DNA of 64,000 nucleotides from the NCBI GenBank assembly GCA_010909165.1, contig MU008214.1, positions 62,001 to 126,000 on the forward strand, given 5' to 3'. Position 1 is the stretch's first letter; the number at the start of each line of letters is the position of its first letter. Below the pieces are notes generated by a model. It did no database searches and had not been told where the DNA came from. It was given only the letters and a program-made list of their open reading frames with translations. This DNA is from Anthoceros angustus. Its lineage: Eukaryota; Plantae; Anthocerotophyta. A program made the position numbers and the translations under genes. Below are positions 61,746 through 64,000 of the stretch, piece after piece.

Positions 61746-62039
61746 TTAAAAACTTTTCTAGTTTTCATTTGTAGGCTCGGGCTCGGGCTCGAATTGTTGA
61801 CGTTAGGTTGGGGATCTAGCTGTGGCAACTAGCTAAATCTTGCTTCACATGCGGCTCAATCTACTGTTGGTGTTCTTGGTGTTCTTGCTGTATGTATGGG
61901 AGAGAGTCTCTCTCTTAGAATTGGACTTACATAGTCCCACACTTTGGCTCCCGGAGAGTGAGGTATAATTTCATGTCTCTAGTTTTTCTTTATCATAATT
62001 CCATGTTCCTAGACCTTTTATGGTTCGTTAACAAAACGA

Positions 62040-64000
62040 TCTCCAACTTTGACAATACATTTTGCATTCCTGATCTTCAACTTTAACAACAAATTGTGTT
62101 TTCATGGTCACTGGACACATGCTTAGCTTGCATGGTAAGCTACCCTTACCAAAACATGTATCTTCAAAACACCAAAAAGAGCTACCTTGTCAAAACATGA
62201 AAAACCCTCCCCAAAACACTAAAAACCTTGGCCAAAATACCAAAAACCCTGGCCAAAACAGCAAAAACCCTGGCCAAAACACCAAAAACCCTGGCCAAAA
62301 CACCAAAAACCCTGGCCAAAACACCAAAAACCTTGGCCAGCCAAAACACCAAAAACTACAGCAAAAACCCTCGCCAAAACACCAAAAAGTATGGTATAAT
62401 ACTTGAAAATGTAGCCACTCGGGCCCGAACAGACATTGTAGAAGCACCCGCGGCAGACGGGTGCTTCATAGAAGAAATGTCTCTTCATAGGAGAATGTCT
62501 CTTCTCATATCACCTGTTCAAATCGAGGCTGTGAAGTCAAGTTGAGCGGAGCTAATGGACACAGCTTACAGCTTATCTGCCATCCTATGGGATGCCTCTA
62601 TCCCATAGCTCATGGCCTAGCTCCTACCAATGACGGTCACTTGGATCTGGTTTCTACCAAATCAGGTCATTCCTCATTCAGTCTAATTACAGACAACAAG
62701 CTAAGTCATCAGACTACATTGTGGCATTTGAGGCTGTCTCATCTTCACATTCAGGGCTTACATAGAATGCAGAAGCAACATATGGTTGTCGGCTTATCCC
62801 CACTGTCTGACTTGCCTTTGTGCCCCGGTTGCCTTATTGGAAAACAACATAGCCAACCCTATCCAAGGTCCGCTTCTCACACCTCTCATTTACTTGAGGT
62901 TGTTCATGTTGACTTATGTGGCCCCATGCAGACACCTTCTCTTGGAGGTAGACTGTACATGTTTGTCATACTAGATGACTTCAGCCACTTTACTACCCTC
63001 TACTCTCTCACTCATAAGTTAGAGGCGTTTCCTAGCTTTAAAACATTTCAAGCTCTAGCTGAAAATCACACTGGTTACAAGATTAAGATTTTCCGACAAT
63101 GCTAAGGAACTCAATTCCCTCGCCTTTGAAGCCCACTTGCTTGCTAGTGGCATCCAACATCAAAAGATAGTGTCTTATGCACATCAACAACTGGGCAAGG
63201 CAGAGCACCGCAATAGGTCGCTCCTTGATGCTGTCCGGAGCTCTTTGGCTACATCCCATCTTCCGAATTATTTATGGGCTGATGCTGCCGCTACAATTTG
63301 TTATGTGCAAAACCGCTGCAGCACCTCCACTGTTCCTGCCAAGACTCCTTATGAAATATGGACAGGACGCAAGCCGAATATTTGTCATCTTCGAGTTTTT
63401 GGTTGGGATGCTTATGCCCATGTTCCACCAAAATTACGAAAGAAATTGGATCCACGATCAACCAAACTGACCTTCATTGCCTATGGTGAATCGGATGGAG
63501 TAAAAGGCTATCCCCTGCTGGATAGATGTACTCGCCAGATCTCTCTTGCTCGGAGTGTTATATTTGATGAGATGCCCCTTTTGTCTAAATTTCCAGCTCC
63601 GACTCTGCCATATGGTCTGGGCAGTGACCACCGTGAATCTACAACTGTGACAGACTTTGATGATGGTGCTGCCTATGCTCTACCGATAACCCCGCAGCTG
63701 AATTCGCCATCTCCTCAGCCTGGTGTTGTCATTGCGCCTGCTACTCCAGCCCGCTTCATCCAGTCTACAGCTGAGGATGATTTTGGCCTCAACCCCGGGC
63801 CTTCCAGCTCGGACTTGCCATCTCCTCACGGCCTGGTTGAGGCAGCCGTTGACATTGGCGCCTCATCATCCAAATTGCTTCTTTGCAGTGGGGCTTGAGT
63901 GCTGGTTTGTATCTCGGACACTTACTCCTACTGACTTCTCCTCACATGGCTCGACGTCCCATCCACAGCGGACTGTCTATTTGGGGAGAAGGTAACACCT
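62040..64000 (+). mobile_element. Third Copia pol fragment (GAG-pre-integrase and integrase), runs off the window
   Basis: LWHLRLSH...CPGCLIGKQ, VHVDLCGPM, ILDDFS, GKAEHRNRSL, LWADAAATICYVQNR, PYEIWTGRKPNICHLRVFG, with stops and frameshifts. Confidence 0.88.
62205..62395. repeat. 21-bp tandem repeat (about 8 units)
   Basis: CCAAAACACCAAAAACCCTGG units. Confidence 0.9.

Larger units (their letters stand above)
44075..61835. mobile_element. Putative old non-autonomous TIR element hosting the Copia insertion
   Basis: Imperfect ~44-bp inverted repeats at 44075-44118 and 61793-61835 (shared core CCAACCTAACGT). The internal 85-bp repeat is split by the Copia TSD. Confidence 0.4.

Overview
Repeat-rich plant nuclear DNA, probably from a non-seed land plant (inferred from the gene and transposon families; the species cannot be determined). 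Bases 1-30 kb hold host genes: a 3-exon arginine-rich HMG-box gene absent from the ORF track (1259-1790), a PPR pseudogene, an 11S-globulin-like bicupin, an intronless gamma-SNAP, a long RAV (AP2+B3) factor with a frame break, an OTU deubiquitinase and a DAR-GTPase-2/RbgA-like gene. Bases 31-64 kb are mostly decayed mobile elements: three Copia elements, a putative second LTR, a WAK-like kinase fragment and two partial duplicates of the GTPase gene. The standout is a ~13.7-kb DNA transposon (47363-61053) with perfect 22-bp TIRs and a 3-bp TSD, nested in a Copia element that has its own LTRs and TSD. It carries a DUF7869/Sola-like DDD transposase and an intron-containing gene joining a ParB/Srx-like domain to a prokaryote-type beta-class N6A/N4C DNA methyltransferase. 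It also carries ~19 copies of a 16-bp palindrome and a repeat of splice-site-bounded units. This copy is degenerate (stops and frameshifts). All family assignments come from motif recognition by eye; no searches were run.
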